Shown here piece after piece: positions 29,705-39,120 of a stretch of 44,151 nt of DNA. This DNA is from a virus (taxonomy: Duplodnaviria > Caudoviricetes). Location of the stretch: positions 1 through 44,151 of IMG/VR virus record IMGVR_UViG_3300032315_000313; one strand, given 5' to 3'. Numbering within the stretch: position 1 is the stretch's first letter; the number at the start of each line of letters is the position of its first letter. Under the pieces are notes generated by a model. It made no database searches. It worked only from the letters and a program-made list of their open reading frames with translations, and had not been told where the DNA came from. The translations under genes and the position numbers were made by a program.

Positions 29705-30193
29705 TTAATAAGTGAATCCAAAAGCTGTTAATGCATTTTCTAGTATTTTTACTCTATCTTGTATATTTTTTACTACTGACAAAACAGTATTTGCTTTATC
29801 AGCAGAAGAAAATCCAAAAGGAGTAGTATTAGTTATTACAATACTAAAATCATCTGAACCAGGTTCAGAAAAAGTAATATCTACTAGTGGAGCTACTGTT
29901 AACTCTTGTGGACCAACAGGTGTAGAATTAAAAAATCCAATATATCCTTGAAGTTCATTTACTTCAATTATATTTTCATTGGCACCTTCAGCTTTTAAAG
30001 CAAAAGTTCGATTAGCTTTAATCTGAATTGACTCAAGCCCAATCATATTTTCAATGTTTTCTACCGTCCCATTTGTTAAAACAACAGGCGTTTCATTAAT
30101 GTCAAATGCTTTTACATCAAAGTTTTCAAAAGGCTTTAGAAAATCAGGCATTGCTGTTTCTAAATTTTTACCTCTTACACGTATTTTTTTCAT
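29705..30193 (-). CDS. Hypothetical virion protein (possible head fibre)
   Basis: C-terminal amphipathic helix KANTVLSVVKNIQDRVKILENALTAFG. Confidence 0.4.
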   Translation of the reverse strand: MKKIRVRGKNLETAMPDFLKPFENFDVKAFDINETPVVLTNGTVENIENMIGLESIQIKANRTFALKAEGANENIIEVNELQGYIGFFNSTPVGPQELTVAPLVDITFSEPGSDDFSIVITNTTPFGFSSADKANTVLSVVKNIQDRVKILENALTAFGFTY

Positions 30194-30228
30194 TTTATTT
30201 TTTAATAATTAATAGTCAGTTAACTAAA

Positions 30229-30927
30229 TTAATCAATATTTGTTTCATTTATTTTAGTATTGTATCTACTATCTCCTTTAGACTGTAGGCACATTCTTAC
30301 TGCATCAGATAGTATACTAGTGTAGCAATAATCTGGTAATTCTCCATTATTAGTGTATTCTCTCCCTGTAAATTGTTTTTCAGTATTAGGATTATATACA
30401 GTTAATAATTTTATTTTTCTTAGATATGTTGGTATACCTCCTAATAATGTTATAGGTTCATCAGGTAAATATACATTAATATTATTACCTGTTATAGTAT
30501 ATATAGGGTATTCTTGAGTTGGCCAATTAAAAGGGTCATCTAATGCAGTAGATAAGTCATCTAATTGATAGAATTTGCCTTGTGATGCATTGTATTTAAC
30601 TCCATTAACTGTTATTTCTTCCCATTTATACTTACCTACACAACTACCTGTATGATATATACGTAATCTAAGTAAATGCAAATAGTCTAATGGTAAAGGT
30701 ATAGAAGTACCTACAGCAGGTATTAAAAATGGAGTAGTAACTACTAATACTTTTAAATCATCTACTATTTTTTGGCTTTTTTCAAAATTTAAATACGTTG
30801 AAGATACAAAATTATCTTGAGCTTTATTTATAAAAAATAGTATTTCATCAGAACCTATAGATGGTAATTCATAAGCTTGATTAAGCTCTGCATTAAAATT
30901 ACTAATTAACTCTATTGCTGATACCAT
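30229..30927 (-). CDS. Tail ring protein
   Basis: EILFFINKAQ, FEKSQKIVDDL, LPLDY, YLRK and ELPD motifs; paralogue of the adjacent gene. Confidence 0.7.
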   Translation of the reverse strand: MVSAIELISNFNAELNQAYELPSIGSDEILFFINKAQDNFVSSTYLNFEKSQKIVDDLKVLVVTTPFLIPAVGTSIPLPLDYLHLLRLRIYHTGSCVGKYKWEEITVNGVKYNASQGKFYQLDDLSTALDDPFNWPTQEYPIYTITGNNINVYLPDEPITLLGGIPTYLRKIKLLTVYNPNTEKQFTGREYTNNGELPDYCYTSILSDAVRMCLQSKGDSRYNTKINETNID

Positions 30928-31715
30928 TATTCTTGACTATTTAATTGGTTTATGTTAGTATTATATCTAGGGTCTCCTATATTTTCTAATACAGCACTAA
31001 CAGCAATATCTACTACCTCTTGATGTGTACTATCAGGTAGTTCTAAAACACCATTAGGGGTAGTTAATATATTTAATGGTTGCCACTTTCTAATATAGTC
31101 TATACCAATAGCTTCTAATTTATCATAACTAGGCAAAAATGCTTGTATATACCTTGTTGGTGTTTGATTTAGATTTTGATTATTAGTAGGATAAGGGCTA
31201 TTACTAGGATTAGTTAAAATAGGAGTATGCTCATTTTTACCTAATAGTCTATAGTAACCTGGTTGGGTAGTATTAAAATTAGTAATATTATTTAAATTCC
31301 ATATAAATAATCTACTATTATAAACCACTTCATCCATTAACTCTAAATGCCTTTGAAACCTAAGTCCATTATAAGGGTCTTTTGTTCTTAGTACTCCACA
31401 ATATGCAAATACTAAATGAAAAAAGTCTTTAGGCAATGGAGACGTTTGAGTAGCAACATAACTATTAGTATTAGGCTGTGGTTGCCCTAGATTAGGATTA
31501 GATACTAATAGTGTATATAAGTCTTCATATCGTTTATCTGTATTTGGAAATTTTTCTTTTAGGGGATTGTTTCCAGATAACCGTTGTTTAATAAATCTTT
31601 CAACAGAATAATTAAGCCAATAGTCTATTTCGTTTGGTTCAAAAGCAGGCACAGAAGCTGAATTGCTCTTATCTAAACCGAGCTTAAACGCAGTGTGCAT
31701 TTCTGAAACAGTCAT
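30927..31715 (-). CDS. Tail ring protein
   Basis: EIDYWLN, YIRK and ELPDSTHQEVVDIAV motifs; shares the C-terminal GD-x-RYNT with the neighbouring gene. Confidence 0.75.
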   Translation of the reverse strand: MTVSEMHTAFKLGLDKSNSASVPAFEPNEIDYWLNYSVERFIKQRLSGNNPLKEKFPNTDKRYEDLYTLLVSNPNLGQPQPNTNSYVATQTSPLPKDFFHLVFAYCGVLRTKDPYNGLRFQRHLELMDEVVYNSRLFIWNLNNITNFNTTQPGYYRLLGKNEHTPILTNPSNSPYPTNNQNLNQTPTRYIQAFLPSYDKLEAIGIDYIRKWQPLNILTTPNGVLELPDSTHQEVVDIAVSAVLENIGDPRYNTNINQLNSQE

Positions 31716-31736
31716 AAACTATTGGCTTACTAATGA

Positions 31737-32507
31737 TTAATTGAAAGCTTTTCTTTTTTCTACTAATTGTTTTTTTAGAGCTATCAACGTAGGTTGATTC
31801 TTATTTTCTTTTAAATATGCAATTGTTAGTTCTAAATTACCACCAAGTACATCTTCATTGTAAACATAAGCAGCTCCATTCTTACGCAAGATATTGTATG
31901 TTACTAAATCTTCTATAAGAATTTTCATATCTTTATTTTTATCTTCATAAAAAGCACAGAATTTAACTGGGTCTAAATCAGCTAATTCTTTTAGTTTTCC
32001 TTTTACTGAATCGTCTACTAATTCATTTGTTTTAGTAACTCCGAATAGTTTTAAGAAATCACGTCTTTCTGTTACTGACATCTCAGCAATATGTTTGTAT
32101 GCTTCAATAATAGCATCAAAACTTTTAGCTTTTTTCTTAGCTTCTTCAGCTTCATTATCAATAACGTATGAATGGTACCCATTTATTTTATCAAAAGATG
32201 GGGCAACTTCAGGGTGAGTAGATAAAAACTTTATTCTTAGTTCATCATAAGGGTCTTCTAAATCAAATGTAACTTCTTTATCAGACAACCTAATATAGAA
32301 ATCATGCCAAAATGTTGATTTATTACTTACATCTAATCCTAATTCTAAACCTAATCTTTCTTCATCTTCTTTTGTTAAACCGGTTTTGATTTTACCTTCT
32401 TTATTAAATACAGGGCTTAGACACCTACTTACATTTGGATAAACTGATTTATCACTAATATTTGTAAGAGCTGTTTGTTTAGTTAATGGAATTACTTTTA
32501 CTTTCAT
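31737..32507 (-). CDS. Conserved crAss-like protein downstream of the major capsid gene (gene-75-like)
   Basis: Conserved position; FDLEDPYD motif and helical C-terminus. Confidence 0.6.
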   Translation of the reverse strand: MKVKVIPLTKQTALTNISDKSVYPNVSRCLSPVFNKEGKIKTGLTKEDEERLGLELGLDVSNKSTFWHDFYIRLSDKEVTFDLEDPYDELRIKFLSTHPEVAPSFDKINGYHSYVIDNEAEEAKKKAKSFDAIIEAYKHIAEMSVTERRDFLKLFGVTKTNELVDDSVKGKLKELADLDPVKFCAFYEDKNKDMKILIEDLVTYNILRKNGAAYVYNEDVLGGNLELTIAYLKENKNQPTLIALKKQLVEKRKAFN

Positions 32508-32537
32508 GACTTTATTTATAACTATTTATTTTTTTAG

Positions 32538-32611
32538 TAGCGGAAACAGGATTCGAACCTGCGACCTCTTGGTTATGAGCCAAGCGAACTGACCAACTGT
32601 TCCATTCCGCA
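32538..32611 (-). tRNA. tRNA-Met (CAU), initiator-like
   Basis: TGCGGAATGGAACAGTTGGTCAGTTCGCTTGG-CTCATAA-CCAAGAGGTCGCAGG-TTCGAAT-CCTGTTTCCGCTA folds as a full cloverleaf; no encoded CCA. Confidence 0.93.
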
Positions 32612-32625
32612 ATATTTAAACTATA

Positions 32626-32657
32626 CCCCTAGCTTTGACGAATCAGGGAACTAGGGG
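32626..32657 (-). terminator. Stem-loop after the major capsid gene (terminator or stabilising/processing hairpin)
   Basis: Minus strand CCCCUAG...UGA-UUCG-UCA...CUAGGGG; the U-tract after it is weak. Confidence 0.55.
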
Positions 32658-32674
32658 AATTAGTTAAGTTTTAA

Positions 32675-34150
32675 TTATTCAGCAACGCATTCTAACATAC
32701 CACAAGATAATGGATTTATAATCCGAATACCTTTTTCACTCAAGAAGTGGCAAGTCCATCCGTCTAATGCATTAGAACGTAAGGCACTCATGTAACCTTT
32801 AGCTCCAGAATCTCCACCTTGAGGGGTTTGAGAACCAGCATTAAACCATGACATCATAGAGCGGTCAATACCATCAGCGCCTTTGGCAACCATTGCAATA
32901 TTAGATTCTCCACCATAGATACCAAAATCTAAGAAGGTACATTTGTAAGATTCTAATGGTTTACCAGTTCTTGGGTGTAATTTACGATTCTTAACTGGAT
33001 TATCATACAATGGATTATGCACCAAAGTAATTTCGTTACCATTAAGACCTTTATAAGTTACAAACTGACCACCTAAGCCTAATTCTTGACCACTACCAGT
33101 AATAAACTTAGTATCTACTAAAGTATATCGTTGGATTGCAGTTTTCATAGCTCTATCGAATTCATCGAAGAACCACCAGCCACAGAATCCTACCCATTTT
33201 TTAGCTTCAGAGTCATAAGATTGTTCCATCAAATCATTTAAGAACTCTCTAATAACATTTTCAGTTAATACAGTATAGTTACGCTTATTAGATGGGGCAA
33301 TTTGCTCATGAACTCCAGCTCCAATAAGAACAGGGCGCCCATTTTGACCAGGAAGATATACCTGACCTTGAGCATCTCTGTTATATTGAGAATACCACAT
33401 CATCCACTCGCATTGCTCATTCCATTGTAACATGTGTTGATATTCTTGCTCGTACATCCAAAGCATAGAACCACCTTTACGATTGGAATCCCCAATTTTA
33501 AGAACCATTACATCTGTTTGAGCTCCACCAGTCATACCGAAACTAGAACGGACAGTTGTCAATTGATTTTCAAACCAAAAAGGGGTAGCCATAACAAAGC
33601 TTCCTGCTTCATCAGAGAATTCCTCAACAGCTGTAAATCCTTTTGATAATTGTTTTCCAGGTTCAAACTCAGTAGAAGGTATAAACAAAGTAGGGTCTGG
33701 TTTTACCAACTGACCAGTTACTACCCAACCCCCATTAGAACCAGGGCGTAAATCAGATTGCACACGGAACTGATATCCACTATCAGTAACTAAGATGTCT
33801 CCTAAACCAAAATGCTTTTCTGAAATTTCAATTTCAAACATACTTCTGTTAATACCTGGAGTAGAACCCCCTGTAAGTTGAGTAATAACAGGAATAGCTT
33901 TTGCTAGCATCCCCATTAATGGCCAACGGTATTGACGATTAGAAATAGTTTGCTTAACACTAGAACCAGCCATACGACCCATTCCTTGTGTAAGATAGCC
34001 TAAAGCATATTTGCGTGGACCGAAAGCATAAGCTACAGTTTTAGAAATAACCTCAGGTTGCGTTAATAGAGCTTGCGCTAAATGGTTTTGCTCGGTCATA
34101 CCTGCATTCCATTTAGTCTTTGTAAATTGTAGTTGATTAAAACCGGACAT
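32675..34150 (-). CDS. Major capsid protein (crAss-like, HK97 fold)
   Basis: 491 aa; NRQYRWPLMG, NQLTTVR, ITLVHNPLYD and LHPRTGKPLES motifs; lies downstream of the portal and acidic scaffold-like genes. Confidence 0.92.
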   Translation of the reverse strand: MSGFNQLQFTKTKWNAGMTEQNHLAQALLTQPEVISKTVAYAFGPRKYALGYLTQGMGRMAGSSVKQTISNRQYRWPLMGMLAKAIPVITQLTGGSTPGINRSMFEIEISEKHFGLGDILVTDSGYQFRVQSDLRPGSNGGWVVTGQLVKPDPTLFIPSTEFEPGKQLSKGFTAVEEFSDEAGSFVMATPFWFENQLTTVRSSFGMTGGAQTDVMVLKIGDSNRKGGSMLWMYEQEYQHMLQWNEQCEWMMWYSQYNRDAQGQVYLPGQNGRPVLIGAGVHEQIAPSNKRNYTVLTENVIREFLNDLMEQSYDSEAKKWVGFCGWWFFDEFDRAMKTAIQRYTLVDTKFITGSGQELGLGGQFVTYKGLNGNEITLVHNPLYDNPVKNRKLHPRTGKPLESYKCTFLDFGIYGGESNIAMVAKGADGIDRSMMSWFNAGSQTPQGGDSGAKGYMSALRSNALDGWTCHFLSEKGIRIINPLSCGMLECVAE

Positions 34151-34173
34151 TTTATTTTTTTAGATTAATGTTT

Positions 34174-34201
34174 TTTACGAATTAATTTTAATAATGTTAT
34201 T
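34174..34201 (-). promoter_or_regulatory. Putative ECF-like promoter AATAAC-N16-CGTAAA upstream of the major capsid gene
   Basis: Intergenic; the -10-like element ends about 23 nt before the ATG; recurring motif. Confidence 0.55.
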
Positions 34202-34205
34202 AGTA

Positions 34206-35300
34206 TTAAGACCAAGGAAGTTTAAAGTCACTAAAGTTACTAGCAGATTGTTCTCTAACTTCATTAGATTTACCTGACTTGTTTGCAGAATTAAACTTGT
34301 TTAAACTATTTTTTACTTTTTTAACTACATCAGATTCTACTGCATTTTTTAAACTAGCTGTATTAAATTTTTTAAATTGAATATATGCCATTTTAATAGA
34401 TGCTGCTTTATCTTCACTTAGTTCTTTCTGATATTGAGTTACCCCATTTTTATCAGGTTTAGTCAAATAATCAAAAAAGGCACTTTTATCTTTTTCAAGA
34501 ATAGGAAAGTTCCCTACACTATCCCAAGATTTAATTGTTGCTTTAACATCTTCCCAATAAGCTTTAACTTTATTTTTATTTTCTTCGTTTTGCTTTTTTT
34601 GGTTTTCAACAATAGTTTCCTTTTCTTTTTCTTGTATTTTAAATAGTTTCTTTTTAGCTGTTTCTGCTTCTTTTTCTAAAATAGATGCATCCTTATAAGT
34701 AGATATTTTTTCATCTATTTCTTCATTATCATACCCTTGTCGAGATAGTAAATCTCTAATGACTCTTTCTTGTAAATGGTCATCATCAGCTAAGTCTAAA
34801 GCAGAATAATCTAATGGATTATAATACTTTTCCATAAATGCTTTAGGGTCTCCACCTTCAGAAACGAAATCATATAGTTTTTTTAGTGTACCATCTCCAA
34901 TAGATAATTTTTCTTCTAATAGAGAATCCACATTACTTTCTACTATATTAGAAAAGTGATTAATTAAACCATCTAAAGAATTATCTTCTAATGTAGATTC
35001 ATCAAACTCCCATCCAAATTTTTCATGAAAAGCTTGTACAAAAGGTTTAAAGTCTACTTCTTCTGACTCTTCTCCGTTTTCGTTTTCTTCTTTTTCAGTA
35101 TCTTTTTCTTTAGAAGATGATTTACTTTTATCTTCTTTTTTTTCTATAATAGGTTCTGGGTCTGCCTCAGGTTCTATTGTAGGTTCAATTATTTCATCTT
35201 CGATTTCATCTTCAATAGAGTTATTTATAGGATTACCCATAAACATATTTTCTATACTGAAATCATCAAAATTTACTTCGTTACTTTCTTGCTTTGCCAT
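34206..35300 (-). CDS. Acidic protein upstream of the major capsid gene (gene-77-like, putative scaffold)
   Basis: Very acidic disordered N-terminus, coiled-coil middle, conserved position. Confidence 0.7.
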   Translation of the reverse strand: MAKQESNEVNFDDFSIENMFMGNPINNSIEDEIEDEIIEPTIEPEADPEPIIEKKEDKSKSSSKEKDTEKEENENGEESEEVDFKPFVQAFHEKFGWEFDESTLEDNSLDGLINHFSNIVESNVDSLLEEKLSIGDGTLKKLYDFVSEGGDPKAFMEKYYNPLDYSALDLADDDHLQERVIRDLLSRQGYDNEEIDEKISTYKDASILEKEAETAKKKLFKIQEKEKETIVENQKKQNEENKNKVKAYWEDVKATIKSWDSVGNFPILEKDKSAFFDYLTKPDKNGVTQYQKELSEDKAASIKMAYIQFKKFNTASLKNAVESDVVKKVKNSLNKFNSANKSGKSNEVREQSASNFSDFKLPWS

Positions 35301-35337
35301 TTTGTTACTTTTTATTACTTAATTGTTTATTGATTAC

Positions 35338-35562
35338 TTATTGATTATACCAAGTATCCCAGTCAGTAGCTTCGTTATTAGTTGCTACTCTGTCTACTAT
35401 ACTTTCAGTTATTTGTATACCTTGCCCATCTTTAATATTTACAAAGTCAGATAAAGAATACGTACCATAAGGTATATTCTGTGTATCTAATTGTTGCACT
35501 TTTATAATTTTATAATCTGTGCCTACAATTATCCTATAATAATTTCCTATATTTATTTGCAT
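35338..35562 (-). CDS. Hypothetical protein
   Basis: 74-aa ORF in the operon, overlapping the upstream gene. Confidence 0.5.
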   Translation of the reverse strand: MQINIGNYYRIIVGTDYKIIKVQQLDTQNIPYGTYSLSDFVNIKDGQGIQITESIVDRVATNNEATDWDTWYNQ

Positions 35563-36137
35563 AAAGCGAATATTCTAACAATTGTACCAACACCATATCT
35601 CATATTGCCACCATTCGATGTAAATAAAATAGAGGTCAAGTTAGTGCTTGAATCTCTAAATGAACCACCTACATAAGTAGTTACACTTGGCGCCTGTTGA
35701 CTACTTTGTGTGCCATATTGATTTACCATAAAAGTTCTATTTGCTCCAGTTTGTGCATCTATATTCATACTAATTATGTTAACACTAGTCTGAGCAATCG
35801 GAGCAACACTAAATAAAGTAGCAGCTGTAAAAGTAGTGCCTCCACTAACTGTATTAGCGGTAAACTGAGATTGTTGCATGTCGTAAACCGAAGTGCTTAC
35901 ACCATTCCAGCGCATACACCAGTTGTCAGCATTTAGGGTATTAACTAATCTGAGTTCAATTTTATATTTTTTGTGAAGATCACCATTTAGCCCAGATTGA
36001 GTAAAACTAACTTGGTCACCAACAAGTTCAGTAATATAAGAAGGTAGAGGTGTAGGGGATGCTCCACTAACAATTCTAACTTCTTTAATTATCTTATAAT
36101 AATTTTCTGATGGTAATATTAATGAATCTAAAGCCAT
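35553..36137 (-). CDS. Beta-sandwich virion protein (fibre-tip-like)
   Basis: SGLNGDLHKKYKIE...MRWNG...LTSILF...GTIVRIF pattern resembles phage fibre C-terminal domains. Confidence 0.5.
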   Translation of the reverse strand: MALDSLILPSENYYKIIKEVRIVSGASPTPLPSYITELVGDQVSFTQSGLNGDLHKKYKIELRLVNTLNADNWCMRWNGVSTSVYDMQQSQFTANTVSGGTTFTAATLFSVAPIAQTSVNIISMNIDAQTGANRTFMVNQYGTQSSQQAPSVTTYVGGSFRDSSTNLTSILFTSNGGNMRYGVGTIVRIFALCK

Positions 36138-36523
36138 TAAACAGGGGTTTTAGTGTAAACTACTACGGTTCCAGTTGTTATTGTTATTGTTAATGCAGGT
36201 AAAATAGCATTAGGGTGATCTATACAATCTCTCCAAACTACTGTACCTGATGGTAAAGATTGCCCTTCTACAGTTCCGACAAAATCATTAGATGCCAACA
36301 ACATAATCGATGATTTTCCTGATGTTATTGCCACAGGACTTTGAGCACTAGTATAAGTATTAGCAGCTCTTGTATATGATACTAATTCTGTTTCTACTTG
36401 TACAGGATTACTAATGGAGTTTGTTATTTCAACTTCTCCTGTTGTTTTTACTGCTATCTTATTATTACTATCTAAAGTAATATAAGACATTATAGCTATG
36501 TATATTTGTCTTAGAGTATCCAT
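36137..36523 (-). CDS. Hypothetical beta-rich virion protein
   Basis: Thr-rich, TAATG-coupled to the portal gene. Confidence 0.5.
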   Translation of the reverse strand: MDTLRQIYIAIMSYITLDSNNKIAVKTTGEVEITNSISNPVQVETELVSYTRAANTYTSAQSPVAITSGKSSIMLLASNDFVGTVEGQSLPSGTVVWRDCIDHPNAILPALTITITTGTVVVYTKTPV

Positions 36524-39120
36524 TATTTATTACTACTTGGTTTAGGACGCATACGAGTTACTTTTATAGTGGTTTCATTTTTAGCATCATTTATTTCTTT
36601 TTGATTAGCATTATTTTTATCAGCTATTTTTTCATTAGATTTAATAGAGTCTGCATTTTTTTCTAAATCAGCTTTAATCTTATCCTGATTTTGTTTATCT
36701 TGAGCTTTAATTTTTTCTTTTTCTACATTTAAAGCATCATTCTGCATTTTAAGTTTAAGCATTTCTATAACCTTTTTATTTTGTTCTTTAGCTAATTCTA
36801 AATCTGTTTTAAGTTCTATTTCTTTATCTTTTTGTTCTAGTTTTTTCATTTCTATGATATCAGCTACAATGTTAGTTTCTTTTTCTGGAGTTTCTTCTAT
36901 CATACCTTGTTGAATTTTCATTTTTTCAACTAATATTTTAGTTTCATTATCTCTAATATTCATCTCATTTTCTAAGTCTCTATCTGCTTGCTTATCTTGA
37001 GCTTTTATTTGTTCTAGTTTCTGTGCAGCTTCAGCTTCAGCTTGAGCAGCAGCTTGTTCTCTCTGTTCTTGTTTCATCTCAGATTGAACTATTTTATTTT
37101 TTATATCACTAATAGATTCAGTTTCTAATATAGAAATTACATCAGAGAATCTAATTAAATTAGACCTTAATGCATCGTTAGCTAAGTTTTTAAGAGTATC
37201 TACAATTAAATTATCTTTAGCTGAATTAGATACAAACACACTAAATTGAGTATTAGATAACTCTGGGCCATCTATCTCAAATAGAACTCTAGACATATCG
37301 TCTAATATGTATTGAGCTTTTTTGCCATTAACCCATGCTATTTGAGCGCACTCTAATAAATTAGTTAGTACATATCTTTTAACATTATTATGAGTCTCAA
37401 ACATAGGCTCAGTAATATGAGAGGATTGTATTATAGTTCTTTCTACATTACCAACTCTTTCACTAGTACTTACCTCTCCCTGTCTTTGACGGCTAACTCC
37501 TGATATTTCCCCAATTTCTTCTTTTATTCTTTCTAAAGCCATTACGTACTGGTCTATAACTCTAGCTAAAGATAAATCTATTTCTGCAAATTGATTAAAC
37601 CCAGAAGTTCTACCAGCTCCTAATGGTCCATTACCTTCTTCAAAAGAGTTTATAAATGCAATTCCTAATGCATCTAAATAATAAAGCCATTTATCTACAT
37701 CAAACCCCATAGACCTAGGAATCTGAGCAATGTCCATTAAAAATACTTTATCCTTAGCTTTCGCAAAAGTAAGTTCTAAACGATACATTAAAATATTATA
37801 CAAGTACTGCCAAGGTTTCATTACTTCTACTAAAGAAGTACCTTTAGAATTTCTTTTATTATAAACAGTTCCTGTATAAGATAACTTACATTCTGATAAA
37901 TTATCTAAATTCCAATATTGATATGGTTTTTCTTGTACTTTACAAAATACACTAGCCCCTATTTGAGTTCCTTGATATACGCAATTTATCCATTTCCATT
38001 CTAAATCAATGAAGTTATCTGGTTGTAGCTTTTTAAACTCTGAGGCACTAAATTCTTCACTTACTTGTGTTTCTTGAGGTATACCATTTTCATCTAAATA
38101 TGATAGAAACCCTATTTTCTTTAGTCCTTTCCATTCATATTGTAAAACTCTTACTAATTGAGATGCAGTATCATACTTATACGGATATGTTGCTGGCAAA
38201 TACGCCATATCAGTATATCCGTAACTACCTATTGTAGCATTTTGAGATAAAGCCCCATAGTTACCTCTACGAAATTGCTCTATCTTATCTATATCTTCCT
38301 CATTTAAATCATCATAAAACTCATCATATATTTCTGATGGGGTTAAATATCTTTCTTCATATACCCATTGACTATCATGAATATATTTTAAGTCTGGTGA
38401 TAAATCAAATCTAACATAAGCTGGGTTTACTAACCGTAACTTAGGTTCCCCATTAATTATACCAGTCCAATACATTTCTTTACCACATATAAGCAAATCT
38501 TTCCAACCATCGTTGAATTGCTCTTTTATGTTTTCGTATTTAACTAAATAATTTAGAGATTGATTGGCAATCTTTTCTCTTATATGCTTATAATTGTAAG
38601 TAAAGTATTCTTCAATTTGCCTTGGAGTTATGGGCTCTCCTTCAGGAGTTTCTACTGGTAGTCCAGCAGCTTGCATTTCTTGCAATATTAATTGCTCCAA
38701 GTATTGCTTAATACTAAGAGTTTTTTCTTCTAATACTTCACTAATTACTTCTGGATTTTCTGCAACTACCCTAAAATTAAAAGGTCTTTTTATTTCCTCT
38801 CCAACTAACAAATCAACTTTAGGCTTTATTATATTGTAGTTCTGTAATGTTGCTGGAAAGTTACCTACTTTTCTACCATAAGGTTCTATTACATGCTTAA
38901 AATCTTCTTCATGCAATATATCATTATACAAGTCATAATTTACTTGGTCACTATAACCAGTAGTTATCCCATAAGCAGGCCTATTTACAGATATTCGTAG
39001 TATGGATAACATACTTTGTTTACCCCATTCTTCAAATGAGCCAAACTCTTTTATTTTTTCTTTAGTTGTAAGCTTCTGTGTTACAAAAGCATTACTAGTA
39101 TCTTTGTTATTATTACTCAT
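36523..39120 (-). CDS. Portal protein
   Basis: 865 aa; YNIIKPKVDLLVGEE, SLVEVMKPWQYLYNI and GVSRQRQG motifs, long C-terminal coiled coil; follows TerL. Confidence 0.93.
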   Translation of the reverse strand: MSNNNKDTSNAFVTQKLTTKEKIKEFGSFEEWGKQSMLSILRISVNRPAYGITTGYSDQVNYDLYNDILHEEDFKHVIEPYGRKVGNFPATLQNYNIIKPKVDLLVGEEIKRPFNFRVVAENPEVISEVLEEKTLSIKQYLEQLILQEMQAAGLPVETPEGEPITPRQIEEYFTYNYKHIREKIANQSLNYLVKYENIKEQFNDGWKDLLICGKEMYWTGIINGEPKLRLVNPAYVRFDLSPDLKYIHDSQWVYEERYLTPSEIYDEFYDDLNEEDIDKIEQFRRGNYGALSQNATIGSYGYTDMAYLPATYPYKYDTASQLVRVLQYEWKGLKKIGFLSYLDENGIPQETQVSEEFSASEFKKLQPDNFIDLEWKWINCVYQGTQIGASVFCKVQEKPYQYWNLDNLSECKLSYTGTVYNKRNSKGTSLVEVMKPWQYLYNILMYRLELTFAKAKDKVFLMDIAQIPRSMGFDVDKWLYYLDALGIAFINSFEEGNGPLGAGRTSGFNQFAEIDLSLARVIDQYVMALERIKEEIGEISGVSRQRQGEVSTSERVGNVERTIIQSSHITEPMFETHNNVKRYVLTNLLECAQIAWVNGKKAQYILDDMSRVLFEIDGPELSNTQFSVFVSNSAKDNLIVDTLKNLANDALRSNLIRFSDVISILETESISDIKNKIVQSEMKQEQREQAAAQAEAEAAQKLEQIKAQDKQADRDLENEMNIRDNETKILVEKMKIQQGMIEETPEKETNIVADIIEMKKLEQKDKEIELKTDLELAKEQNKKVIEMLKLKMQNDALNVEKEKIKAQDKQNQDKIKADLEKNADSIKSNEKIADKNNANQKEINDAKNETTIKVTRMRPKPSSNK

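Noticed and set aside
25777-36523. Diversity-generating retroelement targeting the fibre genes
   Set aside because: No reverse transcriptase and no template/variable repeat pair were seen in this window.
2625-38839. All short + strand ORFs in the track (e.g. 2625, 3084, 5039, 6773, 9731, 13740, 14484, 21125, 25270, 25757, 29712, 30106, 33434, 34434, 35491, 38630)
   Set aside because: They are antisense shadows of long - strand genes, mostly with Phe/Leu/Ser/Ile-biased composition and no recognisable motifs.
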